DNA of 64,000 bases from Spirochaetaceae bacterium (GTDB lineage: Bacteria; Spirochaetota; Spirochaetia; CADAEX01), in contig WQZP01000012.1 in assembly GCA_009780675.1 (NCBI GenBank), forward strand, positions 3,769 through 67,768, given 5' to 3'. The notes below the pieces were generated by a model that did no database searches, was not told where the DNA came from, and worked only from the letters and a program-made list of their open reading frames with translations. Both the position numbers and the translations under genes were made by a program. Positions 8,514-17,725 of the stretch are shown piece after piece (the stretch's first letter is position 1; each line of letters begins with the position of its first letter).

Positions 8514-9517
8514 TTTAATGTGTAAGTTCCTGCTCTACGCCCCTGATAGTTATAGAATTCAACAAATCCTTGGTCGAAAGCATTATTTGCTATCTTGATG
8601 TTTGCTCCAATAATAATGCTGGTTAGTCGATTCCTACTAAATGCATTATCCTCGATAATGCTCACGCTATCTGGAATAATAACACTGGTTAGTTGATTCC
8701 AACTAAATGCACCCTCTTCGATAATAGTCACGCTATCAGAAATAATAACGCTGGTTAATTGGTTCCAAAAAAATGCATTCCTCCCAATAGTAGTCACGCT
8801 GTCAGGTATAACAACACTGCTCAGGTAATTCCAACTGAATGCATTCTCCCCGATAACAGTCACACTGTCGGGTATAACAACACTGGTCAATCGGTTAACA
8901 GAAAATGCACTATCCATGATAGTAGTCACACTGTCGGATATAATAACGCTGCTCAGGTAATTCCAACTGAATGCATTCTTCCCGATAACAGTCACGCTGT
9001 CGGGTATAACAACGCTGGTCAATCGGTTAACAAAAAATGCACTATCCCTGATAATAGTCACGCTGTCAGGTATAACAACGCTGCTCAGGTAATTCCAACT
9101 GAATGCATCCTTCCCGATAGTAGTCACGTTGTTGGGAATAACAACGCTGGTCAATCGATTACGAAGAAATGCATACCTCCCGATAATAGTCACGTTGTCG
9201 GGTATAACAACGCTGGTCAGTCGATTATCAGCAAATGCACTATCCCTGATAATAGTCACGCTATCGGGTATAACAACACTGGTCAGCCGATTACCAAAAA
9301 ATGCATCCTTCCCGATTACAGTAACAGGCAGATTTTGTATTTGGGGAGGAATTCGCACATCTGTATTTCTTCCATTATATTTGGTAACTTCTATTGCAGT
9401 ACCACCCTCAATAACCCGCACAGTAAAATTTTCCTCAGGCTCAAATTGTGATTGGGTATATGCGAAAGATGCTGTAAACAGTATCAAAATAATTCCAAAA
9501 ATAATTTTTCTGTTCAT
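8486..9517 (-). CDS. secreted leucine-rich-repeat protein; paralog of 7407-8315
   Basis: Near-identical N-terminal 90 aa and C-terminal 40 aa to the neighbour, with about 11 repeat units. The upstream region (9560-9607) also duplicates 8362-8408. Confidence 0.8.
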   Translation of the reverse strand: MNRKIIFGIILILFTASFAYTQSQFEPEENFTVRVIEGGTAIEVTKYNGRNTDVRIPPQIQNLPVTVIGKDAFFGNRLTSVVIPDSVTIIRDSAFADNRLTSVVIPDNVTIIGRYAFLRNRLTSVVIPNNVTTIGKDAFSWNYLSSVVIPDSVTIIRDSAFFVNRLTSVVIPDSVTVIGKNAFSWNYLSSVIISDSVTTIMDSAFSVNRLTSVVIPDSVTVIGENAFSWNYLSSVVIPDSVTTIGRNAFFWNQLTSVIISDSVTIIEEGAFSWNQLTSVIIPDSVSIIEDNAFSRNRLTSIIIGANIKIANNAFDQGFVEFYNYQGRRAGTYTLNGSWSVQFK

Positions 9518-9611
9518 AAAAACCCTCTTTATTTATTGCTATATAAATCCTTATCTTTCAAAATAACGTACTGTTCATAATAAAATTCAACTGCAGTCAA
9601 AGAGCTCGCGT

Positions 9612-10658
9612 TTATCTTTTTGGCAGCAGTTGCGAAAGGTAAGTGGATAAAATATCTTTGTATTCTTTTTCTATTTTTTGCTCTGCTGATACAAACACAC
9701 GGTTTTCTGCTCCTGCAACTGTGGGATGCCCTTCTCGAATATTAAAAGTGAATGGCAATAATACCTCTCGCGTGACAGTATCAGTAAGGTTTGCGCTTAA
9801 TTCCATAAGAATAAATCTGTGCGGATTATCAGGAAAATCAACAGGCGAAAGCCATACATTTACTCGAAGCGCATAACGCGAATTACTTCCTCCACTTCTA
9901 AATCCAAAATCAGTAAAAGTTTTCGCGAAAGCATCCTGAATTCTTCCGGCTCTATCGTTGTTAACAACTATATTGACCGGAATGGCTCTGGTTATGTTTC
10001 GCGCTTCCAGCCGGTATTCGTCGCCTCTTCTAACCCCTGCGGGTGTTCTTGCGCCCAGCATATTCAATAAATTAGCATAAGTGATATTTATATCTGCCAC
10101 TGTTGCGGCGAATTGAAATCTGGAAAAACCTTCCAGAGAATTTCTTTCAGCCTGACTCATGGTAGTAAGATTTCTAATCATTTCCAGATTGGCTAATATC
10201 ATATCTGTGTACAAGCGAATGGTTTTTGCCCTTTCCATGACTGCAACAGCATAAAAAATATTGTGCCGTGTGTCCTGCCATACATCTTTTATTTCCGCTC
10301 CAATAAGATTATCCATCGAAACTGATGTTCTTATTGTATTTTGCATGGCGATATTATCGACCCAGCCTATGGTAATGCCATCTCTTACAGCTTCAAGATA
10401 TGTATTTACTATTATTTGATCTGCCTGTATGGATTGACCAAAAAAAGCAGCCAGATTTGCAATAGCGTTTCTTTCTGCCATTTCGCGGTCTGTAGCATGG
10501 CCCACTGCAGCAATGAATTGCGATCTGCTGTAAACAGAATCAACAGAATCGACCCATGCAGGTTTTCCGCTGTTGCCAGGCGAACTTGCGCAGGAGAAAA
10601 ACAACAGCATCAGCGGAAAAAAGAAAAAATTATTCGCTAACTTGAAGAGGTCTTTCAT
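9612..10658 (-). CDS. lipoprotein with an N-terminal LPP20-like domain
   Basis: Probable start is the ATG at 10658 (MKDLFKLANNFFFFPLMLLFFSCASS lipobox). KPAWVDSVDSVYSRSQFIAAVGHATDREMAERNAIANLAAFFGQSI fits the LPP20/FlgP-type fold. Confidence 0.5.
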   Translation of the reverse strand: MKDLFKLANNFFFFPLMLLFFSCASSPGNSGKPAWVDSVDSVYSRSQFIAAVGHATDREMAERNAIANLAAFFGQSIQADQIIVNTYLEAVRDGITIGWVDNIAMQNTIRTSVSMDNLIGAEIKDVWQDTRHNIFYAVAVMERAKTIRLYTDMILANLEMIRNLTTMSQAERNSLEGFSRFQFAATVADINITYANLLNMLGARTPAGVRRGDEYRLEARNITRAIPVNIVVNNDRAGRIQDAFAKTFTDFGFRSGGSNSRYALRVNVWLSPVDFPDNPHRFILMELSANLTDTVTREVLLPFTFNIREGHPTVAGAENRVFVSAEQKIEKEYKDILSTYLSQLLPKR

Positions 10659-11214
10659 TTCTTGCAAGTTGGGCATCAAGCATCTGTAAAGCTTGTTGCG
10701 CTTTGAACTGGGCAAAAGCAGCTTCCTGATTATTAAGAATACTTGCTACTTCCCTTCTGGCATCAGCTTTTCTGTACTCAACAAGAAACCACCAGTATCC
10801 ATCCGGAGCTTCCCATCGCCTGATGGGGTGTGCGCCAGTAAGATTTATACTGCTAACCTGGCGGCTTACATCTTCCTGCAAGGAAGCGTTAGCTTGATTG
10901 TTTACATTGCCTGCATCAAGATTGTAGTCTGTGAACATAGCCTGAACTAAAGTATCAAGCTGACGCGTAATAGCGGTTCTTCCCCTGGCTTCCGCTGTTG
11001 TCATGGACATGGAACGGGAAGATTGTTTTGCGGTTCCAATACCCCAAATAACATCATTTGGCGGCAAATCATTTAACCATTCCGGCGTGTTAGCCATTCT
11101 GCCTGTGGCAGGGGCAGACCCGCACCCTGCGACAAAAACTACTATGAATACCAGTATTATTGCCGTTACTCCAATTGTAAACAAATTTTTCTGTTTCATT
11201 TTTTTCTCCTTCAA
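10630..11214 (-). CDS. LPP20-like lipoprotein
   Basis: Lipobox VFVAGCGS. PEWLNDLPPNDVIWGIGTAKQSSRSMSMTTAEARGRTAITRQLDTLV matches the LPP20 domain pattern. Confidence 0.55.
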   Translation of the reverse strand: MKEKKMKQKNLFTIGVTAIILVFIVVFVAGCGSAPATGRMANTPEWLNDLPPNDVIWGIGTAKQSSRSMSMTTAEARGRTAITRQLDTLVQAMFTDYNLDAGNVNNQANASLQEDVSRQVSSINLTGAHPIRRWEAPDGYWWFLVEYRKADARREVASILNNQEAAFAQFKAQQALQMLDAQLARNERPLQVSE

Positions 11215-11308
11215 AATTTATTTTGCACACATTTTTATCATGTGCGAGAATGACCACTTTAGTTCTAAAATTTTGCCGCTATGCGTGTACACGAATCTTT
11301 CTCGTTTT

Positions 11309-12295
11309 TTATATTTTTTCAAGACTTCTCGAAAAACACCAACCACGCTTTTCGTCTTTTGTAATAATTTCAAACCATGTATTAGTAAGAGTTATATCAT
11401 CTCCTGTGCTTATGTGTTGCACTTCTGCCCCATTAGGAATTACTGCAAAATGATCAATTGATACATTAGGTTCTTTTCTTAACTCCATCCCATAAGATCC
11501 AGTGGGGAACGATCTAACACGATGTGTGGGAATGAATTCTTTATAAATATTTATACCAGAAAATAATTTTAACATCCGCCTTCTATCACCCATAGCAATT
11601 ATTCCTATTTTTTCAAGATCATCTTCTGTCAATTCGGAAATTATTTCTAAATCAGTCAATTTATTTTTTTCAAAAATATCGATATATTCATCCAGATTAT
11701 TTTCCCGGAGTATATCATTCCATTTTTTTTCGACTCCACATATTTGTGAAATTTGATTTGAAGGCGGTAAAATATTTTTCTTATTATTCCATAAAAAATC
11801 CAATGTACTCATAATACTTTGAATTTCAACCTGTAGTTCTTTAAAGCGATTAGAATTTATTTTTATAGAGCTACTCAGCAACGGTACAGAAATAAAGGGA
11901 TTATTAAAATCATTCATTTTAAATATTAAGTCAATTTCAGATATTTTCTCTGGCGCATCAGCACCTATTAATGCGCCAGAAGCTGCACCAAGTCCGCCAA
12001 GCATTGTTGTCCTGCCAGAAGCAGATGATGCATAACTTCCGGTTGCGCCTGCTCCTAATAAGCCGCCAAGTAATGCGCCACCTAAGCCACCCAGCAGAGC
12101 TCCTGCCCCAATGCTTCCTGCTGTATTTTTCTTGGTGTCACCGGTAGTAATTTTATATTCTGTTACCTCATTAATATTAAATATTTTGACTGAATATGAA
12201 TATGGATTTATACCAATGTAGCCATTCTCATTTATTGCAACAGGTATCTCTATAGCTTGTTGAAATATCTTTGCTCCTTTTAATTTATCATCCAT
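11309..12295 (-). CDS. glycine-zipper + SAM-like + SH3b multidomain protein
   Basis: Gly-zipper stretch GAGALLGGLGGALLGGLLGAGATG...GGLGAASGALIG. SAM-like helix bundle DEYIDIFEKNKLTDLEIISELTEDDLEKIGIIAMGDRRRMLKLF. C-terminal SH3b-like beta domain. No signal peptide. Confidence 0.45.
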   Translation of the reverse strand: MDDKLKGAKIFQQAIEIPVAINENGYIGINPYSYSVKIFNINEVTEYKITTGDTKKNTAGSIGAGALLGGLGGALLGGLLGAGATGSYASSASGRTTMLGGLGAASGALIGADAPEKISEIDLIFKMNDFNNPFISVPLLSSSIKINSNRFKELQVEIQSIMSTLDFLWNNKKNILPPSNQISQICGVEKKWNDILRENNLDEYIDIFEKNKLTDLEIISELTEDDLEKIGIIAMGDRRRMLKLFSGINIYKEFIPTHRVRSFPTGSYGMELRKEPNVSIDHFAVIPNGAEVQHISTGDDITLTNTWFEIITKDEKRGWCFSRSLEKI

Positions 12296-12384
12296 AATTA
12301 TCCTCTAACTTATTTGCATTTTTCCTGGCATTTTGTTTTTTGATTTTCATTGCTATTTAATTTTACCATTTTGTTGCTTCCTTA

Positions 12385-14466
12385 CTATGTCAACAACTTA
12401 ATACCGATACTAATGGCATGGGCTCTTATTCTCTCGCTCTTAAATAATTTATATTTGTACTCATTCCATCTCCACCCATTCCATTCATACCCACTAGACA
12501 CTTCATTCCAATTCATCTCATACCACGTTAGTCTGTATTTAAAAAAAAATGGTTGAAATGATAAGCCGAAGTTTAATGAAGGAGTTGCCCAATCTGTAAT
12601 AATGCCCTTCATACCTGGTGGGAACATTCCCATTTCAAGTGCTAGATTAGAAAACACTTTTAGATTACTGCCAAGGGGATATACCAAGCCAATATTTGGA
12701 GAAATAATAAAAGTCATGTTTGAAGAATAACTTCCTCCATCTTCCGATTCATACTCATACTCTCCAAAAAACCCTAACCTCAAATCTATTCCAGATGTAA
12801 TATAGGGAATTAATGTAAAATAATAATTAACTTCAGCGCCAATAATACCAGGAGCATAATCTGACCATTGATAATAACCAGAAAGGGCAATAAAATTTTT
12901 ACTAGCATTACGTCTTTTTTCTGCTGCCTTCCTTTCTCTCTGCTGTTGAAGCTCCCTCGCTCGTTGTTCTTGAGCTCGTTGCTCTTGAGCCCGCTGTTCT
13001 TGAGCTCGTTGTTCCGCGACCTCACGTTCACGTATTCTTTTCTCGAAATCCCCTGTTTCGATCCTCATATAACCAGTAGCAGCTAGATTATGCGAAGAAA
13101 CCCCGTTAACCGCAACGATCATAATAGTAAGTGTTGGCGTTAAAATTTCTGGAGTTGCATTTACATTGTTAAACATAACTATCCCTTCGACACTAGATGG
13201 TGGTGTTACAATTCTGTCCCCTGCATTAAAATTGATTGGGTCAGTGTTCAAAGTAATACTGCTTCTGCCAATAGTTCTCCCATTTTCATTTATAAGCGCA
13301 ACATCTACTTTGTAACTAAAAGAACGCCTGCCGCCAAATACTGCAGTTCCTCGTGCTTCTCGTGAATTATCCATAACAAATGGCCAGCCAGAGAAGCCCC
13401 ATATTTCGCGCCTGCCAGTTCTTTCAAGTCCTTCCAGCAATGCATTGAGCGCGTCAAAACCAGCCTTTGATGAATCAAGAGCTACCCTCATTCCCAAAGT
13501 TGCGGTACGCCTGGCAAAATCAGTTTCACCAATTTGAATAAGATTTGGGTCAAAGACTATCTCAAAGGGTGGGTGGTCACTAAAAAAACGAGTGGTTTCT
13601 CTAAATGCTTCAAGCCATCTATCGCGCGCTTGAATGTCGTTTAAAATTCTCTGGCTAATCGTTCCATCAGTTATGGAGGCGGAAAGTGTATTGAGCCGCG
13701 ATAATGCTTCGAGTTGTGATGGGTCAAAGGAAGCAGCCTGAGCAAAATTTAATAAAGCTTCTACTTCTGACCCGCCAGCTTGTGCTGTGATTCCTCTTGC
13801 AAGTCCTGCTTGCGCCTGTACTGTTGAGATATTCCCTGCCAACAACGATTGTCTTCCCGCATCTGTTAACTGGACTCCCATTTGGGCAAGAAGTTCCGCA
13901 GTTGCTTCATTTAAAAGCGTTGCTCGCCCTTCTAGCTGCGCGAGAGTCCCTTCCTTCATAAAAGTTGCCCTGCGCACCCCTGTACTTGATTCAGTAATAG
14001 CGAGTTGTAGAGCAAACCGATTTCCAGGCAGTCTTTGAATTGTTCCAAAAAGATTAAACTGGGTATTGGTTAAATTACCAATGCGCACAAAATCTTGATC
14101 TGAAAATCTACCGCTTGCAGCAATATTCTGTTCAGCAATTATTCTATCTAAATGTTGACGGTCTATTAAGTTGATGGCGGAAAACCTGTTAAAGTTGTTA
14201 TTTAACATCCCTTGAATATATAATGGTAAATGAGCTGGTACATCACCTTGAATTTCAGGAGCAACAATAGCAAGGCGTATATTACTGCCGCCATTACCTC
14301 TCCACATTGGGCCAGTAGCTGCTTCCAGTCGGCCAATAGCCCCACGAGCGGTTATTCCCAGTTCATCAGTAGCAGGAGAAGTTCCACGTACTTCGCCAGT
14401 TGACGAACAAGCGATTAAAATCACGACTGCTAAAAGCAGTAAAACTATGTGCTTAAGGGTTTTCAA
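12385..14466 (-). CDS. large lipoprotein: N-terminal LpoB/CsgG/TolB-N-like (LppaM-clan) domain, charged (AQEQR)n linker, C-terminal outer-membrane beta-barrel-like domain
   Basis: Lipobox LIACSS. NIRLAIVAPEIQGDVPAHLPLYIQGMLNNNFNRFSAINLIDRQHLDRIIAEQNIAASGRF..FGTIQRL fits the LpoB/CsgG-type fold. The last ~180 aa alternate aromatic/hydrophobic residues, consistent with a beta-barrel. Confidence 0.5.
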   Translation of the reverse strand: MKTLKHIVLLLLAVVILIACSSTGEVRGTSPATDELGITARGAIGRLEAATGPMWRGNGGSNIRLAIVAPEIQGDVPAHLPLYIQGMLNNNFNRFSAINLIDRQHLDRIIAEQNIAASGRFSDQDFVRIGNLTNTQFNLFGTIQRLPGNRFALQLAITESSTGVRRATFMKEGTLAQLEGRATLLNEATAELLAQMGVQLTDAGRQSLLAGNISTVQAQAGLARGITAQAGGSEVEALLNFAQAASFDPSQLEALSRLNTLSASITDGTISQRILNDIQARDRWLEAFRETTRFFSDHPPFEIVFDPNLIQIGETDFARRTATLGMRVALDSSKAGFDALNALLEGLERTGRREIWGFSGWPFVMDNSREARGTAVFGGRRSFSYKVDVALINENGRTIGRSSITLNTDPINFNAGDRIVTPPSSVEGIVMFNNVNATPEILTPTLTIMIVAVNGVSSHNLAATGYMRIETGDFEKRIREREVAEQRAQEQRAQEQRAQEQRARELQQQRERKAAEKRRNASKNFIALSGYYQWSDYAPGIIGAEVNYYFTLIPYITSGIDLRLGFFGEYEYESEDGGSYSSNMTFIISPNIGLVYPLGSNLKVFSNLALEMGMFPPGMKGIITDWATPSLNFGLSFQPFFFKYRLTWYEMNWNEVSSGYEWNGWRWNEYKYKLFKSERIRAHAISIGIKLLT
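12957..13020. repeat. 15-bp imperfect tandem repeat (x4) inside the CDS, encoding (AQEQR)n
   Basis: tcgttgttcttgagc / tcgttgctcttgagc / ccgctgttcttgagc / tcgttgttccgcgac. Confidence 0.7.
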
Positions 14467-14484
14467 AATATGGCTCCTTAAATA

Positions 14485-14943
14485 CTATCTTCTATCCGTA
14501 CGATATAGTAAAAAATATAATTCGCCATTACTCTCACGATGAAAGTAAAATGTATAACCACGCGCACCTTGAGGTGTCTGATTTAGTATGACTTGCCATG
14601 TTTCTCCTCGTCTTATAGTTTCATTATGTAAAGCCGCTTCTGCTCTTTGAAGTAATTGCTCTTCAAGTGAATTTAAACGGTCAACTCTATACATAAAAGC
14701 ACCAGTATTGAGTATTCTTGCGATTTCATTGATACCAGACACAAAATTTGCTATTTCACTTACCCAAGTTCTATCAGTTAGCGTGGTATATCCGATCTCA
14801 ACTGATGTAACAGAGAAAGAAGCAGCTGTTTGACCCCATGCGCCAATATTAATCAGTAATAAGAGAGCCAATAAAAACATTTTTCTAATCTTATATCTCA
14901 TCATCTTTTTTCTATCCTCCCCAAAACAAAATGCTTTTTTCAT
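14485..14943 (-). CDS. small secreted hypothetical protein; first gene of the lipoprotein operon
   Basis: Signal peptide (MFLLALLLLINIGAWGQ). A 19-nt gap to the next gene. Ribosome-binding site AGAGGG upstream. Confidence 0.4.
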   Translation of the reverse strand: MKKAFCFGEDRKKMMRYKIRKMFLLALLLLINIGAWGQTAASFSVTSVEIGYTTLTDRTWVSEIANFVSGINEIARILNTGAFMYRVDRLNSLEEQLLQRAEAALHNETIRRGETWQVILNQTPQGARGYTFYFHRESNGELYFLLYRTDRR

Positions 14944-14988
14944 ATGTTCCCTCTTGAACTCGCGCCTTATAAATTATCAGGTATATAG

Positions 14989-15177
14989 TTACTCCTCATC
15001 AATTGTTTTTCTTGTTTGAATGGGGCGCAATTCTTGGGTTTTATCGCTATTTATACCCGCAGGAGATACGGTAATTACAGTCTTTTTCCCCTGCTTCTCA
15101 ATTTCGCTCACTTTAAGACCTGCTTTTTCGAGAGCTATTAGTAGGGGTTCATAAGTGTCGACGGAAGTGAATTTCAT
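14989..15177 (-). CDS. possible small protein (62 aa)
   Basis: Good ribosome-binding site (AAGGGG, 5 nt before the ATG). Non-repetitive hydrophilic sequence. Confidence 0.25.
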   Translation of the reverse strand: MKFTSVDTYEPLLIALEKAGLKVSEIEKQGKKTVITVSPAGINSDKTQELRPIQTRKTIDEE

Positions 15178-15296
15178 ATAGCCCCTTATTATTCTATAAT
15201 AGAATTATTTACCCATTATGGAATATGAACATACAAATTGTCAAGACACAATAATGAAAGATGACAATTTTTAGAGTTTATGTAATAATTTAGGAA

Positions 15297-15704
15297 ATGA
15301 AACAAACTTACGGAGAGCGTCTGGCAGCAGCTCTAAGACACAAGAACCTTAAACAAGCAGATTTGGCCAGCGAACTTAATATAGTGCAGGGTACAGTTTC
15401 AAAGATCATCAATGGTACCCAATATCTCGATTTTGATTTGGCAGTAAAGGCATGCAAAATCCTTGATATTTCTCTGGACTGGTTGGCTTATGGTGGCGAC
15501 CAAGTTGCCAAACCCAAGTTTTACCACAACCCAGAAAGACAACGGATTGAATATCTTTTGTCGATAATAAATGAAGCTGAATACCCCTTAATTATTGTAG
15601 CAATGGAGGAAATAATCGAAATCAGGCTCAAGGACGAAGCGTCAGAAAGCTCAGAAAAACCCTGCAAGCCAAACATACCAGATAATCATAAGAGAAAAAA
15701 ATAA
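15297..15704 (+). CDS. HTH XRE-family transcriptional regulator
   Basis: LKQADLASELNIVQGTVSKIINGTQ is a helix-turn-helix. Divergently transcribed from the lipoprotein operon. Confidence 0.7.
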   Translation: MKQTYGERLAAALRHKNLKQADLASELNIVQGTVSKIINGTQYLDFDLAVKACKILDISLDWLAYGGDQVAKPKFYHNPERQRIEYLLSIINEAEYPLIIVAMEEIIEIRLKDEASESSEKPCKPNIPDNHKRKK

Positions 15705-15831
15705 CCTGCACGGCTGATTGTTCCAGTCAGAGCTATGCCTTAAACTAATTTGCCCATTGCGAATTATTGTAATATTCCCACATCTAAATTATAATGCTAT
15801 AACTTTTCCCCCAATTTTCAGGAGTGTAAAA

Positions 15832-16752
15832 ATGATTGACTGGCTTCGAAAAAGCATTGCGCGAAAACCAATACTATTATTTATCTGCGGAGCGTTGGCA
15901 CTATTGCTGGCGAGTAGCTGCCGCCCTACGCCTCAGGAACCGATTGCGCCGCGCATCCCTTCAACTCTAAGAATTCTCGATGACCTGGAAGCTCAAGAAA
16001 GACTCATGCTCACTTTTGCCAAAGCACACCCAACAAAAATCTCTGGCGTGGAATTCATGGACAATGACTGGACCATGCTGGTCAATGGTGTCCGCTTTTT
16101 CTTTGCGCAAGGCAGGTTCTTGCCAGAAGAGTTACGCGACAAGTGGGAAGAATTTTACCCTTATGACTTTTACGATTATCCATGGGTTGGCACACCCAGA
16201 GAAAGGCGAGCTGCGTTTGAAAATCCTGTTCGTTCTGTTGGCTCCCCTTTTTTGTTTGACATACTCTATTTTTCATTAACAGAAGATGACAGTTGGGATA
16301 AGCAGGTAAAGTATTCTTTTCTGGGCGTTAAAATGCTAATCCATAATCATATTGAACCTTTTCTGGACCTCGTACAGGAACGTATCCGCGCTGCTGCCAA
16401 AACTGATCCATCAATAAATGAATGGATTGCTGAACTTCGAACCAGTCCGCCAAGCTTTGGCTGGAATTGGCGCAACATAGCCAGCACCAATCGCCGCAGC
16501 CTTCATTCTTACGGCATAGCTCTTGACCTGTTGCCCAAAGATATGGAGAACATTCAAACCTATTGGCAATGGGGTGTCGATGAAACAGATCTTGAAAATC
16601 TTTATATGCCGCCGGAAGCAGTTATCAGGGCTTTTGAAGCTTATGGCTTTCTTTGGGGCGGTAACTGGAGCTTGATCGATACAATGCATTTTGAATACAG
16701 ACCAGAAATATTATTGCTGAATAACTTTGTCATAGAGCATTTGAATCATTAG
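15832..16752 (+). CDS. M15-family (VanY-like) D-Ala-D-Ala/L,D-carboxypeptidase; probable lipoprotein
   Basis: Start at 15832 after AGGAG. Signal peptide/lipobox LLASSC. Zinc-binding motifs SLHSYGIALD (SxHxxGxAxD) and DTMHFEY. Confidence 0.7.
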   Translation: MIDWLRKSIARKPILLFICGALALLLASSCRPTPQEPIAPRIPSTLRILDDLEAQERLMLTFAKAHPTKISGVEFMDNDWTMLVNGVRFFFAQGRFLPEELRDKWEEFYPYDFYDYPWVGTPRERRAAFENPVRSVGSPFLFDILYFSLTEDDSWDKQVKYSFLGVKMLIHNHIEPFLDLVQERIRAAAKTDPSINEWIAELRTSPPSFGWNWRNIASTNRRSLHSYGIALDLLPKDMENIQTYWQWGVDETDLENLYMPPEAVIRAFEAYGFLWGGNWSLIDTMHFEYRPEILLLNNFVIEHLNH

Positions 16753-16819
16753 GATTGTTGCCTGATAGTGTCCGGCAGAATTACCACATGGAGAAAGAGA
16801 TGAAAAAGGTGAGCAATAG

Positions 16820-17704
16820 TTGATACATGAAATTACAATGCTGCTTGGCAGTATCTGGCTACAGTTCCAGCATATTGGGCAGTACTGGGCTTTGGGGCTT
16901 GTTGCTGGTTCCCTGGTCTCTGTTTTTCTTTCAGAAAAAGTTGCGAAAAGAATGGTTGCTCTTGCGTCTGGCAGTTTCTGGTTGCTGCCACTGTGCATAG
17001 CTGCTGCGCTTGGGATTGTTTCGCCACTCTGCATGTATGGCACTGTGCCGATCATTGCGGCATTTGGAAGAAAAGGTGTGCCGCAACATCTGCTTGCTGC
17101 TTTCATGATTAGCTCGATTTTGCTTAACCCAAATATTTTCTTTTTCACTTTTGCTCTTGGCGCTAATATTGCGCTTATGCGGCTGGCATTATGCTTTATG
17201 AGCGGGGTTCTGGCAGGCAGCCTCGTCCTTCTGTTCTTTAGGAATAAAGCATTGTTTAGCCTTGAACGCTTTGCCCAGGCAGAGTGCAAGCAGAAAAAAA
17301 CTTTTTTCCTTGACCTGTTTAAAGCTTTCAGGATTACTGCGCCCTATCTTTTAATTGGTATAACGCTTGCTGCGTGGTTTGAAAGATATGTTCCGCCAGA
17401 GCTGATCGCTGGAATGTTTGGCGCAAAGCGCGGACTTGGCGTATTGTTCGCCACAGTGATTTCAATTCCTTTGTATGTCTGCGGCGGTGGCACAATACCG
17501 CTGGTCAGGGCGTGGATGCACACAGGCATGGGCACAGGTGATGCAATGGCATTCTTGCTTGCAGGGCCAGCAGTCAAAATCAACAACCTTAGCGCTGTAA
17601 AAATGATACTTGGCGGGAAGCATTTTATGCTGTATCTTGTTTATAACATTGTGTTTGCTATCCTTGTTGGCTGGGCTATAGAATTTTTTCTGTCCAGAAT
17701 GTAG
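16820..17704 (+). CDS. polytopic membrane permease (DUF318/YraQ-like)
   Basis: 8-9 hydrophobic segments. Cys/Gly-rich loops (VCGGGTIP). Confidence 0.45.
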   Translation: MIHEITMLLGSIWLQFQHIGQYWALGLVAGSLVSVFLSEKVAKRMVALASGSFWLLPLCIAAALGIVSPLCMYGTVPIIAAFGRKGVPQHLLAAFMISSILLNPNIFFFTFALGANIALMRLALCFMSGVLAGSLVLLFFRNKALFSLERFAQAECKQKKTFFLDLFKAFRITAPYLLIGITLAAWFERYVPPELIAGMFGAKRGLGVLFATVISIPLYVCGGGTIPLVRAWMHTGMGTGDAMAFLLAGPAVKINNLSAVKMILGGKHFMLYLVYNIVFAILVGWAIEFFLSRM

Positions 17705-17725
17705 TATATAATAGAAGGAGTTGCT

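Noticed and set aside
7560-9300. Regularly spaced 69-bp repeats that could be mistaken for a CRISPR-like array
   Set aside because: The repeats are in-frame codons of the 23-aa LRR units within long ORFs. They have no unique spacers of constant length and no flanking leader or cas genes.
7623-9566. Plus-strand ORFs 7623-8264, 7795-8343, 8759-9451 and 9129-9566
   Set aside because: They are antisense read-through of the repetitive LRR genes. They lack start context and their sequences are low-complexity mirror images of the minus-strand repeats.
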